From: Eledone cirrhosa
Taxonomy: Eukaryota
Reading direction: 5' to 3'
Length of the DNA stretch: 64,000 bases
NCBI GenBank assembly: GCA_964016885.1
Contig: OZ024765.1
Coordinates: 310,001-374,000 of the forward strand
Shown here: in pieces, positions 49,492 through 64,000 of the stretch
Layout: each line of letters opens with the position of its first letter
Position numbering within the stretch: position 1 is the stretch's first letter
Made by a program: the position numbers and the translations under genes
Notes under the pieces: model-generated
What the model saw: only the letters and a program-made list of their open reading frames with translations
Told to the model about the DNA's origin: nothing
Databases searched by the model: none

Positions 49492-49566
49492 TATACACAC
49501 ACATATATATATACACACACATATATATGTATATATACACAATACATATACCTGTATATAGATATA

Positions 49567-49612
<46 letters not shown>

Positions 49613-49776
49613 GTGTGTATGTGCTATAGCTCCATCGACTTTAATATGTTTGATAGACAGGAATATATAGTGTGTATATCATCAGCTTATCTGCTAAATA
49701 GATTAGCAATGTTATTCCTCGAAACTTCACGTAGTTTTCAATATCGCTAATAGTACACCTCATAACATAAACATAA

Positions 49777-49819
<43 letters not shown>

Positions 49820-49953
49820 CAAAGAGTTATTTAATTTGTTGGTTATTCAACAAATTTAGTTTATAACAGTTTCGAAGCACTCTACACAGTTTTCTTCTGG
49901 AGTATAACAACAATAATATTACTAAATGGAAACTATCTTTATAAAACCATATT

Positions 49954-50015
49954 TATTTTATTATATATATTTCAAGGGTACCAACATTTTTGGTACGCAC
50001 TCATCAGATAAAATA
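49954..50015 (-). ncRNA. Minimal type I hammerhead ribozyme motif
   Basis: tattttat-CTGATGA-gtgc[gtaccaa-aaatg-ttggtac]cctt-GAAA-tatata-TA-ataaaata. Confidence 0.75.
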
Positions 50016-50194
50016 TAAAAGTTGTTTTACAGATAGAGACATATTCAAACCAGGAATTTAGCGTTATAAGTTCTTTTCGAATATTGAAGAAGAATTTTAA
50101 ATCCAGGATCAATAGTCGTGGTCCTGGCTCTTTTCTTCTTACCCACTCTACTTCCCGAAGTATCGAGTACACTAGAGGGTTATGGTTCACCTGG

Positions 50195-50238
<44 letters not shown>

Positions 50239-50445
50239 AAATTAAGATAAATTGATTTAAATTAAATTAAATCAAATTAAATTAAGGGTGGCCAGTAACA
50301 TTAATCAAATTATAAGGTATCTATATTTGAATTTCTAGTTAAACTTTATTTAGTTACCTACCTAGCTATGTGTGCTTACACACTTTTACAAATTATCTCC
50401 TGTGATTGTTTCATGTGTTTAATTATATGTCAATTAATTTCTAGT

Positions 50446-50484
<39 letters not shown>

Positions 50485-50509
50485 TATATATATAAATATA
50501 CATATATAA

Positions 50510-50544
<35 letters not shown>

Positions 50545-50760
50545 TATATATGTATATAACTTTTCCCTGAGTCGGTTTTGTTCGTTGTTCTGGTCCTAGC
50601 GGCTCGCTTTTCGGTCGCTGGCTTCAATTGGCATAGCTGTTTAAACGTAATGTTATAACTCTAAGGTAAAATTCCTTATTGAGTGCTTTTGGCTACACTT
50701 CCAGACAGCATTCGTTAGCTTGCCCGCAACCGGAGTTTCGATTATGCCGTACTACTTTCT

Positions 50761-50798
<38 letters not shown>

Positions 50799-50923
50799 AA
50801 ATGTTCTTATTAGATTCAGGCTTTATACGGACAACGGGAATGGTTGTGTCAGGCCTTAGTCCTTCTTCAGGAGTACAAAGGATAGATACAGATTATATAT
50901 ATATATATGTGTGTGTATGTCTG

Positions 50924-50982
<59 letters not shown>

Positions 50983-51092
50983 AGAGAGAGAGAGAGAGAG
51001 GGAGACAGAAAGAGAGAGAGAGGTCCGTTTTTTCTGAAAGAACTTCCACTGTTCACTGTCCTCTCCCTTTCTTTTTCTTCTTCAATTTCTCT

Positions 51093-51128
51093 TTCCACGA
51101 TGAAGGACTAGCGTTCGAAACGTTAAGT
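51093..51128 (+). ncRNA. Decayed hammerhead motif (family B)
   Basis: ACGATGA-aGGAC-tagc-GTTC-GAAAC-GTT-aag. The first two core bases are mutated. Confidence 0.55.
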
Positions 51129-51199
51129 CTATTTTCCTACAATATCAGGCATAAAACTGATAATATATCTTTAATGTTGTGTCAACTGTTTTGTTACTC

Positions 51200-51274
<75 letters not shown>

Positions 51275-52155
51275 TATACATATATACAGATATATATATA
51301 TACATATATACACATATATATACATATATACACATATATATATACATATATACACATATATATACATATTTACACACATATATATATATACATATATACA
51401 CATATGTATACATATATACACATATATATATATATATATACACATATATACATATACACACATATAATATATACATATATACACATATATATATTCATAT
51501 ACATATATATATACATATACATATATATATCCATAGTTAAATATGTATACGAAACACACACACATATACACGGACATATATATACACACATATACACGCA
51601 CAGAAAAACACACACTCAAACACATTCACATACATCCACATATCCACATAGACAAACATTTACACCCATCCATCCACCCACATACATACACACACACAGC
51701 CAAACAAATCTACACACACATCCATACATACATACACACACAGTCAAACAAACATACACACGCATCCATAAATACATACACACACATACCCACATAAACA
51801 CACACAGACACAGAAAAACTCTCACACACACATACATACAAACACATACACGCACACATACATAGACACCTATACACAGAACAACACGCATACTAACATA
51901 GACACATACAAACACAGAATCACACACACACATATACTCACACACATACACGCATACATACAAAACACATACACACACACACATATATATATACAAACAT
52001 ATACATACATACAAACCAACACACACATACTCACATACAAAAACGAATACACACACATACATAGACACACATACAAACAGAGACATACACATGCACACAT
52101 ACATATACACACATACATAGACACACATACACACACGCATACATACATACCAAAA

Positions 52156-52198
<43 letters not shown>

Positions 52199-52758
52199 AC
52201 ACATACATACCAAACCACATACATACACACACATACGTACATACATTCTCTTCTTAACTTTTATCATTTTTATATTTATTTTATGATTTTTTTGTTTCCT
52301 GTTTTTGTTATTGTTGTTGTTCTTGTTGTTTTGTGAAGTCTTTAAACTTATTCTTTATTATATTGTTAGTTTATTGTGTTTTGTAATTTATCTAACATCT
52401 CCCTGACCTGTCCACTGAACTCTATTCATGAATGAATTAATACAAATGTAATAGTTAGATCAATTTGGCATAAATGGGTATCAGAAGATCGATAGCAACC
52501 ACTGGCGGCTGACTGGATGTAAATAATTGTTACACAAGACATATCTAACAGGTTGTGGTATAACAAGAGTCGCCTTGAAATAATTCCATAGGCTGACAGA
52601 GATCCATTCATGGAATGACCGAATGATATGTATTTATATATATAAATATATAAATGATGACTGTCCCCTCGTTATCAGGTTTTATTTCGGAGTTATCCCA
52701 GTTTACTGAGTTGCCTTCTCCTAGAAGTATAAATATAATAGTATATAACATACTAAAA

Positions 52759-52834
<76 letters not shown>

Positions 52835-52942
52835 ATAATAATACATTTGAAGACTCAATAAGGATAAATAATCCCGTTAAGGGTGAAAGCAGCGATTCTT
52901 TGCTTAAACTTTAATCTGTTATTTGAATAAATAAATAAATAA

Positions 52943-52989
<47 letters not shown>

Positions 52990-53473
52990 TATATAAATAT
53001 ATATATATATAAAACATAGCATATGGTTTCATGTACACTCCTGGTATGATTCATGCAGTCTTAGAGATACTGAAAATCAGACAGACATACACATATGTAT
53101 ATACACACACACACACACACACACAAACTATATACATATATATACATGTAAAAACTAAGTAGATGTAACAAAGCAAAAAACAGTTCAATGAATAACTATT
53201 TTAGTTTAACGCTTGATATAGTAGGAAAAAAATTATATGAATTGTCTATGTCTATATATATATATGTATATATACTCACACTCACATACATATATACATA
53301 CACACATGCAGATACATATATACCTACATACACGCACATATATACATACATACACACTCACATGTATAAAAACATACACGCACATATATACATACATACA
53401 CACTCACACACACACGCATATATATATATATATATAAAAAATATAAGATCAATATGGTTAAAAGAGTTCCAAG

Positions 53474-53544
53474 TATTTTATTATGCGCATTTCAAAAACA
53501 AATATAATCATGGAATGATATTTGCGTTCTCATCAGATAAAATA
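53474..53544 (-). ncRNA. Minimal type I hammerhead ribozyme motif (family A)
   Basis: tattttat-CTGATGA-gaacgcaaatatcattccatgattatatttgttttt-GAAA-tgcgca-TA-ataaaata. Stem I is 8 bp. Flanks are homologous to 12880-12992. Confidence 0.78.
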
Positions 53545-53731
53545 GGGAAACATGATATGAAGCTTAAAAAAAAATTGTGAGCAGTGAAGTTTTAAATCAA
53601 CATATGAAAAATAAAGTAAGATGGATATATGAGATTGGGAATAAAATGAGGGGGGAGGGGGGGGGGGAGGAAATGGTAAGGAAGAGGAAGAAACAAAAAA
53701 ATATATATCTGTTACATACACACACACACAC

Positions 53732-53809
<78 letters not shown>

Positions 53810-54204
53810 CACCTTTCCTAAGCGTTAATCTAATAACTAATATATTTCTTCATTCTACTGTGTTTTTTGCTTTGTCATTTCTGTTTATTATATATATATA
53901 TATATATATATATAACAGCGATGACAACAGGAGTAACAACAACAGCAAATACAACAGCAACAACATCAACAACACCACCACCACCACAATACCAACCACA
54001 GCACCAAGATAGCAAGAAGAAAAGCCAGTTAAAGACATCGACATGTAATGCTATTTGATGTAGGTGATTATAGATGCACCACATCTTGATAGTCCTCGGG
54101 TTACAATTAAAAATCGTCTCGTTAGAATGATATCATAGCGAGACTTTTACACATCATTGAAACGTCTCATCTCTCATTCTCTCGCGTTTTCTCGCACTCT
54201 CTAG

Positions 54205-54252
<48 letters not shown>

Positions 54253-54303
54253 TTCACACACACTCTCTTATTCTCTCTCCACAAATACACCACACTCATA
54301 TAC

Positions 54304-54425
<122 letters not shown>

Positions 54426-54475
54426 TTGTATACACACATATTTATATATCGGCTCTTTCTCACTATCTATCTGTG

Positions 54476-54547
<72 letters not shown>

Positions 54548-54613
54548 ATGTATCTATGTATGTATGTATGTATGTATGTATGTATGTATGTATGTATATA
54601 TATATATATGTAA

Positions 54614-54681
<68 letters not shown>

Positions 54682-54701
54682 AATATATGTGTGTATATAT
54701 A

Positions 54702-54733
<32 letters not shown>

Positions 54734-54751
54734 CATAAGTGTGTGTATATA

Positions 54752-54873
<122 letters not shown>

Positions 54874-55246
54874 AGTGTGTATATATATATATATATGTGT
54901 ATATGTGCTATCAGCTATCAGCTACTTCGTAGAACAATACAATTCCTCGAGATGCGATCATTAACGTTTTCACTAATAAGATATTCCACATATATATTGA
55001 TATCAAGTCCCCCCCCCTTCTCTTCATCATCATCATCATCATCATCATCAGCATAACCATCCCCAGCGCCACCATGATACCCACCGTCACCATCCCCATC
55101 ATCAACATCATCGTAATAATCATCATCATCACCAACATACTGATGTTAAACATGTGAAGCTGAATTTTAAAACACCTCTTACAATGATGAATGCCTCGCA
55201 TATAACTCTCTCTCTGTCTCTGTCTCTCTCCCTCTCTCTCTCTCTC

Positions 55247-55290
<44 letters not shown>

Positions 55291-55352
55291 GGCGGTGTAA
55301 ATGTGTGTGTGGTCGTATTGCATGTCTGTGTACGAAATAAATCAGCCATGTT

Positions 55353-55417
55353 GAAATGACATGTAGGAAATAACATGTAGGAAATAACATGTATGAAATA
55401 ACATGTAGGAAGTAACA
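55353..55417. repeat. 14-bp tandem repeat, about 4.5 copies
   Basis: GAAATAACATGTAG units. Confidence 0.9.
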
Positions 55418-55503
55418 ACACTCCATGGAACACACAATGCAACCAGCGGTTATAACAACAATACTGTCTCAATCAAGCGTGAGTAGTAGTAGTAGCAGTG
55501 TTG

Positions 55504-55553
<50 letters not shown>

Positions 55554-55709
55554 TGTCGTAGTAGTAGTAGTAGTAATAGTAGTAGTAGTAGTAGTGTTGG
55601 TAGTGTTGGTAGTGGTAGTAGTATACAACTTAAAGAGAAATAAAAACACAATCGGTACAGTATATGGAAGAAATATATTAGTTTAATGCTTGACATAGCA
55701 GGAATAGGG

Positions 55710-55745
55710 CCTTAACGTTTCGGGCGGTAGTCCTTCATCAGAAGA
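55710..55745 (-). ncRNA. Minimal hammerhead motif (family B), tandem copy 1
   Basis: tctt-CTGATGA-aGGAC-tacc-GCCC-GAAAC-GTT-aagg. Confidence 0.72.
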
Positions 55746-55883
55746 AAGAATGAGAAATAACATAGATTGAAGGCACGGTCGGGGTGGAATATATATAGAG
55801 CGGTTAGTTCCACAAACAAAATTAGAACATTTTCGAGGACGCACGTTTCACGTTGCAGGTTCTGTGGTAACAAAGGAAGAGGG

Positions 55884-55919
55884 TCTGGACGTTTCGGACG
55901 CTAGTCCTTCATCAGAAGA
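55884..55919 (-). ncRNA. Minimal hammerhead motif (family B), tandem copy 2
   Basis: tctt-CTGATGA-aGGAC-tagc-GTCC-GAAAC-GTC-caga. Lies 174 bp from copy 1 within ~77-bp direct repeats. Confidence 0.75.
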
Positions 55920-56278
55920 AAGAATGAGGCATTAGAAAGATTTAAGGGACGGGATGTGTTATTCGTTGCCGATACTGGTGTTTGTCTATTGGAGCTCCTT
56001 ATGTAATTGTACGAACAGAACTGTGTCTTTGTTTAAAATATATCTGTTTAAAGCCTAACTAGACAACCTTAGCACACAGCAAAGACATTCTCTGCGGAAT
56101 TCAACAAACTTTATGTCATTAATACATAATCAGTAATGACATGATGAATATTACTTTTGAAGCCATACAAAGAAAAATGGCTGACATAGACGGAAACAAC
56201 GCACAAAAGATAGAAATATAGTTTAAGAAAAAATATAAAATATAATATACATATATGAATATAATGAAAATAATATAA

Positions 56279-56326
<48 letters not shown>

Positions 56327-56474
56327 TTATAGAAATAAATGCATGCAATTTCATAATTAATAACATTTTTATGAAAGAAAATATATGAATATATATAAAT
56401 TTATTTATATATTTATAAATCTATATATATGCATGAGTGTATATATAAAGTATATAAATATATATATATGTATA

Positions 56475-56573
<99 letters not shown>

Positions 56574-56762
56574 TTATATATATGCATATATGCATATATG
56601 TTTACAAATATTTAGATATATGTATGCATATGTTTACAAATATTTAAATATATATATGTATATATAAACACTATAGTAATAATAATAAAATTGAAGACTA
56701 ATGTATTTATAAACACTATATATATATATTTATATATAAACACTATATACATATATATATAT

Positions 56763-56847
<85 letters not shown>

Positions 56848-56865
56848 CATATATATATATAAACG

Positions 56866-56944
<79 letters not shown>

Positions 56945-56947
56945 TAC

Positions 56948-56978
<31 letters not shown>

Positions 56979-57642
56979 ATGAAACTTAAATATTTTTCAA
57001 AATATCAAAACCAATTTTGATAATTATATTTGTAAAATTTTCTCTTCAATTATAATTAAACCTCGGCACCTAAAGTTGTTTTAATTTCTTTATTTAGTTT
57101 TTATAGTGTTTGTTGTATTTTTATTATTGTAATTTCTGTCGCCATCTTTCGTTTTACACAGTGAAACGTGTAAGGTCAACTGTTTGTGTGTCGTTTAATG
57201 AAGATTATTTCATATAATGGTGTTGTTGCGGTTGTGGTTACTGTGGGAATGTTGTTGTTGTGGTTATGATGGTAGTAGTGGTGGTGGCATTTGTTGTGGT
57301 GGGTATGATGGTGGTAGTGGTGGTGGTGGTTCTGGATAGGACGGTGGTAGTAATAGTGGTGGAGTGGGTTTGTGGGTATGATTGCGGTAGTGGTAGAGGT
57401 TGAGGTGGTGAGATGGTTGTGGTGGTGGTGGTGGCTGTTGTGGGTAGGATGGTGGTAGTGGTAGTGGTGGTCGTGGGTAGGATAGTGGTGGGATGGTTGT
57501 GGTGGTGGTGGTTGTTGTGGGTAAGGTGGTGGTGGTGGTGGTAGGCTGATTGTGGTGGTGATGGAGATGGTGTTGGTGGTGGAGAGGATGATGTAGGTGG
57601 TGGTGGGGATGATATAGGTGGTGTTTATTGTGGTACTTGTTT

Positions 57643-58007
57643 TGGGGTCGATTTAATCGACTTTTAACCTCCCTCCCCAAATTGCTGGCCTTATGCCTAA
57701 AGTAGAAACAATTATTGGGCAGTGGATTAGCACAATCGGTAGAGCGTCAGACACCTTGCTTTGCGGCATATAGTTCAAATCCTGCCGAGGTTAGTTTTGT
57801 CTTTCATCCTTACGAGGTCGATAAAATAAAGTACACGTAATACACTGGGTCGATTTACTCGACCCCCCCCACCTCTTCCAATTGCCGGCCTTGTACCTAA
57901 ATCTGAAACCATTATAATTAATATTTTCATCCTTACAGGGTCGATAAAACAAAGTACCAGTAATACAATGAGGTATTGCTGGCCTTGTGCCAAAAGCAGA
58001 AACAATT
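57643..58007 (+). mobile_element. SINE cluster (3' fragment, full copy, 3' fragment)
   Basis: Family core motifs repeated. GGGTCGATTTA.TCGAC internal hairpin variant present. Confidence 0.82.
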
Positions 58008-59006
58008 ATTATTATAAAACTTCCCTATAACCCCAAAAAACATCGCAGAAAAATCAAATAAAAAAAATGAGAACAACAAAAACAACAGCAATAATTACAA
58101 CAACACCAACAACAACACCAACAACAACATCGATAACACATTATGAACATTCCGTCATAATTCGTTCCGTCTCATTTCTGCCGAGAGTTTCAAATATTGA
58201 TATAAATATCTGCTAAAATTTATTTCTTTTCAAACCAATTTCAAAAATTCCATGATATTTCTGAATCACATTTATTCAACAATCTCCACCCACATCGTCA
58301 CCCCATCTCTTCTCTCCTACCCCCGGCATTCAACCACTCCCATACCTGTCACCCCCACTAAAATATATATAATAATATATAGAATAATATATAAAATGTA
58401 TAATAATATAATATAATATATATAATATATAATATTATATAATATAATATATATATAATATATAAAATGTATAATTTAACATATATATAATATATAAAAT
58501 ATGTAAAATAATATATAATAAATAATAATATATAAAATAATATATAAAATATAATAATAATAATATAAAAAATAATATATAAAATATATATAATAATACA
58601 TAAAACAATATATAAAATATATATAAATTACATAATATAATATATAAAATAATATATATAACATAAATCATAACTAATAATATATAAAATATAAATGAAA
58701 TAAAAAGGGGTTATTTTGTGTTTTTAATCTCTAATTAACCACCCTCATCACCTCTGCTACCCCCGACAACAAACCACTCCATCCAGGACTCCTCCACCGA
58801 AACATATGAAATAATATAAAATATATGAATAAAATAAATACATTTTTTTTTGTTTTTAATTTTATTTTTAATAATTTGTTTTATTTTAGTTAATTTTCTT
58901 TTGTAATTTTATTTCATTTTATGTTTTAATGTTTTTGTTTCAAATTATTGCTATTTTTTTTAAGTAATTTTTTTTTCATTGATTTTATTTGATTTTTATT
59001 TTTTAA

Positions 59007-59059
<53 letters not shown>

Positions 59060-59068
59060 TACTACTAC

Positions 59069-59099
<31 letters not shown>

Positions 59100-59226
59100 G
59101 TTATTATTACTATTGCTGTTTTTGTTGTTGTTGTTAATAAAATATAATATGATATAAAAAGTAAAAGTATATGGTTTATAAATTTCCATATCTGACGCGG
59201 TGGTATTATCAGTGGTTTTAAATGGG

Positions 59227-59312
<86 letters not shown>

Positions 59313-59487
59313 GCGAGCGAGAGAGAGAGAGAGAGAAATAGAGAGAACCAGAGAATGAGAATGAGAGTCGAGTCAGAACGAGTGAAATAATTACCCATTT
59401 TCGGCATACATCTATTTATAAAATAACACCTTACAAATGTGTTAATTATATTTCAGAAGTTAAGCTTGGCTATCGATTTATCAATAA

Positions 59488-60772
<1,285 letters not shown>

Positions 60773-60805
60773 TCTCTATCTCGCCCCCTCTCCATTTCTC
60801 TCTCT

Positions 60806-60872
<67 letters not shown>

Positions 60873-61001
60873 AATATATATACATTAATCCCTCTCTCTT
60901 TTTCTAACTTACACCATCTAATACCATATCTCTCCTATTCACACTATCATTTTTTCTCTCATCCCCCTCTGTCTATCCACCTGATTCTATCTCTTACTCT
61001 A

Positions 61002-61131
<130 letters not shown>

Positions 61132-61841
61132 TCTCCATAACAGTGTATCTCTATCTCTCCATCTCACACGACATATTTCTCTCTCTTACCTCACGCAGTC
61201 TCTCTCTCTGTCTCTCTCTCTCCCTCTCTCTCTTTCACCTTACATTTCTCCTTAAATAGGCATCATCTGTTACACACACAAAAACACACACACATACACA
61301 CACATATAAACACACACACACATATAAGCACACACACATACACACTCAGACACCCATATACACACATTATACACACACTATCTTTCTCTTCATCTCACGC
61401 AGTCTTTTTCTCTCTCTAGCTTTACCTTTCTCCTTAAATATGCATCATCTGTTACAATCAAACACACACTCTAGATTTCCATTCATGTCACACTATAACA
61501 ATCTCCAGCCTTATCCCACACCAACTATCCCCACCCCACATATACACACTCTCTCTCTTTCCCACTATCTAAGATCCTACCCCCACACACACATACATAC
61601 ATTTCTCTTTCATATGTTTCTATAATCAACACCTCATACATTCCCCCGCTCCGTAATCGTACCCACCCGTCCACCATAATTTTACCTGACACAACCATTA
61701 TTTCTCATTCTGTGAACATTCTGAAGTAAATCATGAGACCAGACAGACGAGACAAACATATATACAGTCAGCAGCACTTAAAGAACCACATCTCCCCATT
61801 ATATATCAACCATTCTCACTCAGTGTATATATATATATATA

Positions 61842-62027
61842 TAATTGTTTCTAATTTAGGCACAAGGCCAGCAATTACACAGTGCATTACTGGTACTTTA
61901 TTTTATCGACCGCGTAAGGATGAAAGGCAAAGTGAACCTCGGCGGGATTTGAACTCAGATCATAAAGGGAGGTAACTATGCTGGAAAGCATGGCGTCCAA
62001 CCATCTACCGATACTGCCAATCCACCG
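61842..62027 (-). mobile_element. Full SINE
   Basis: Reverse complement of 63785-63976 with high similarity. Confidence 0.85.
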
Positions 62028-62032
62028 TATAT

Positions 62033-62279
<247 letters not shown>

Positions 62280-63254
62280 GAGAGTATCTTGGTCAGCCTA
62301 TGAGCTTTTCAGTCTATAAACCTTTTTCATATTAATTTATCCCAATTTAACAATGAAGAAGGATTTTTAAATTAATATCATATAAGTTTAGAAAACAACT
62401 CTAAAATATGTACGAGCTCTTTAACAAAAGTAACCAGCCCACTAAATAATTTTATGATTTTCAGAAAACTCATTAAATTCAATTTAAAAAAAATCTTAGT
62501 TACATGTGTAATTATGTACAATAAACATTCTAGTTTTTGTGGGTTTTTTAATGTAGTTTAATTTTGTTTCGTTTTTCGTTTTAAGAAACAAAGACAATTA
62601 TCAGGAAAATAGTTTCTAGTTTTAGTTCATATTTATCTCATGTTTAATAATATTAATTTTCAATATTAGCAATTATAACAGCTTTCCGAACATACCTACC
62701 TTAAAACGCCTGAGGCCTTAAAAATGAATTGCCTCCCATCAATATCGACTCTTCTTCCGTTTAAACGCCATCTTTAACAAGCGCTAAGTGCGTTTGACGT
62801 GGTGTAATTATTACAAGGTTGCGCTTCTTATAAAGAAAATTTGAAATATTTTCGTTGAAAATTACCGTCCATAGAATTTCTAAAACTGGAATAATTGAAT
62901 TATTCTTAAACTAAGTTTCGCTAATTTATTTTTCAAAATAATTTGAAGGAAGGAAAATTCTTGGAAAAATTTGTTAAAATGAAAGTTCTTAACAAAGAGA
63001 AATTTGAAAGTGAGATAAAGCAATAGAGAGAGAGAGACAGAGTGAGAGAGAGAGAGCGAGATATAAAGAGAGAGAGAGAGAGAGAGAGAGGGACGGAGAG
63101 CAAGTGGGGAAATATAGCAATGTTTGTGGGTGTAATGAGACAGCAGTAGCAACAGCAGAAGCAATCATAATAATACTGTTACAATAAAAAAGTGTTACAC
63201 CTCTGCAACCTACAAAGAAGGCCACCACTACCACTACAGACAACATAGTCACCG

Positions 63255-63297
<43 letters not shown>

Positions 63298-63346
63298 TAC
63301 ACTCCACACCGCTTGTCCCCTCAATATATTTTAATTTCTCATTCTT

Positions 63347-63382
63347 TCTTCTGATGAAGAACTGGCGTCCGAAACGTTAAGA
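63347..63382 (+). ncRNA. Minimal hammerhead motif (family B) in a ~115-bp cassette (63301-63415) between (TA)n tracts
   Basis: tctt-CTGATGA-aGAAC-tggc-GTCC-GAAAC-GTT-aaga. The cassette aligns to the reverse complement of about 55678-55790. Confidence 0.72.
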
Positions 63383-63411
63383 CCCTCTTCCTGGTATTTC
63401 AAGCGTTGACC

Positions 63412-63450
<39 letters not shown>

Positions 63451-63583
63451 CAAAGGAATTGTCGTAAGGAACCAAATGGACCACCATAACGGACCAGAGT
63501 ACTCAATACTTAGGGTAGTAGAGTGGGAAATATGAAAAAGTATGACCCCGATGGCAGTGCTCAAGCCGTTAGGTTAAAAGGAG

Positions 63584-63649
<66 letters not shown>

Positions 63650-63784
63650 AGGTGTGTGTGTGTGTGTGTCCTTTTAACCTACAGTTAATATAGCTGCTAT
63701 TATTTTCATTACAAATGTTTTTTACAATTTTTTTATTACTATAATATTTAATATTTTCTATTTCATTATTTATTTTATTAATTA

Positions 63785-63976
63785 GGGCGGTGAATTGGCA
63801 GTATCGGTAGAGGAGGGACGGACACCATGCTTTCCAGCATAGTCACGTCCCTTTACGGTCTGAGTTCAAATCCCGTCGAGGTTATCTTTGCTTTTCATCC
63901 TTACGGGGTCGATAAAATAAAGTACCAGTAATACATTGGAATAATTGCTGGTTTTGTGCCAAAAGTAGAAACAATT
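63785..63976 (+). mobile_element. Full SINE
   Basis: GGGCGGTGAATTGGCAGTATCGGTAGAG...GAGTTCAAATCCCG...GTCGATAAAATAAAGTACCAGT...GTGCCAAAAGTAGAAACAATT. Confidence 0.87.
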
Positions 63977-64000
63977 GTTTATTTTATTAATATTTGTTGT

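Noticed and set aside
50650-50680. TAACTCTAAGGTAAAATTCC resembling an LSU rRNA segment
   Set aside because: The match is short and the flanks show no rRNA similarity.
52445-52610. Peptide hints of a Tc1 transposase N-terminus (IWHKWVSEDR...ADRDPF)
   Set aside because: Too short and interrupted by stops to support without a profile search.

Overview
Eukaryotic, very AT-rich, repeat-dominated window with no host protein-coding exon that I can support. Much of it is simple repeat: (TA)n, (CA)n, (GA)n, (TTA)n, (TATC)n and (CAT)n. Almost all ORFs in the supplied track are microsatellite artefacts. The tRNA-derived SINEs resemble octopod cephalopod SINEs as I recall them, so the taxon is an inference. 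Real coding remnants are three 5'-truncated R4/Dong-type RLE non-LTR retrotransposons, each adjoining (TAA)n, plus short Tx1-like and RTE-like tails. The most notable unannotated signal is a dense set of minimal type I hammerhead ribozyme motifs. Nine have intact CUGAUGA/GAAA cores and about seven more are decayed or truncated. They fall into several families, mostly sit in short cassettes abutting (TA)n, and include a 174-bp tandem pair. Also seen: about 13 YY1/Pho-type motifs spread over the unique-sequence islands, two possibly related ~75-78-bp satellite arrays in opposite orientation, and several fold-back palindromes. Everything was read by eye; no searches or folding programs were run.
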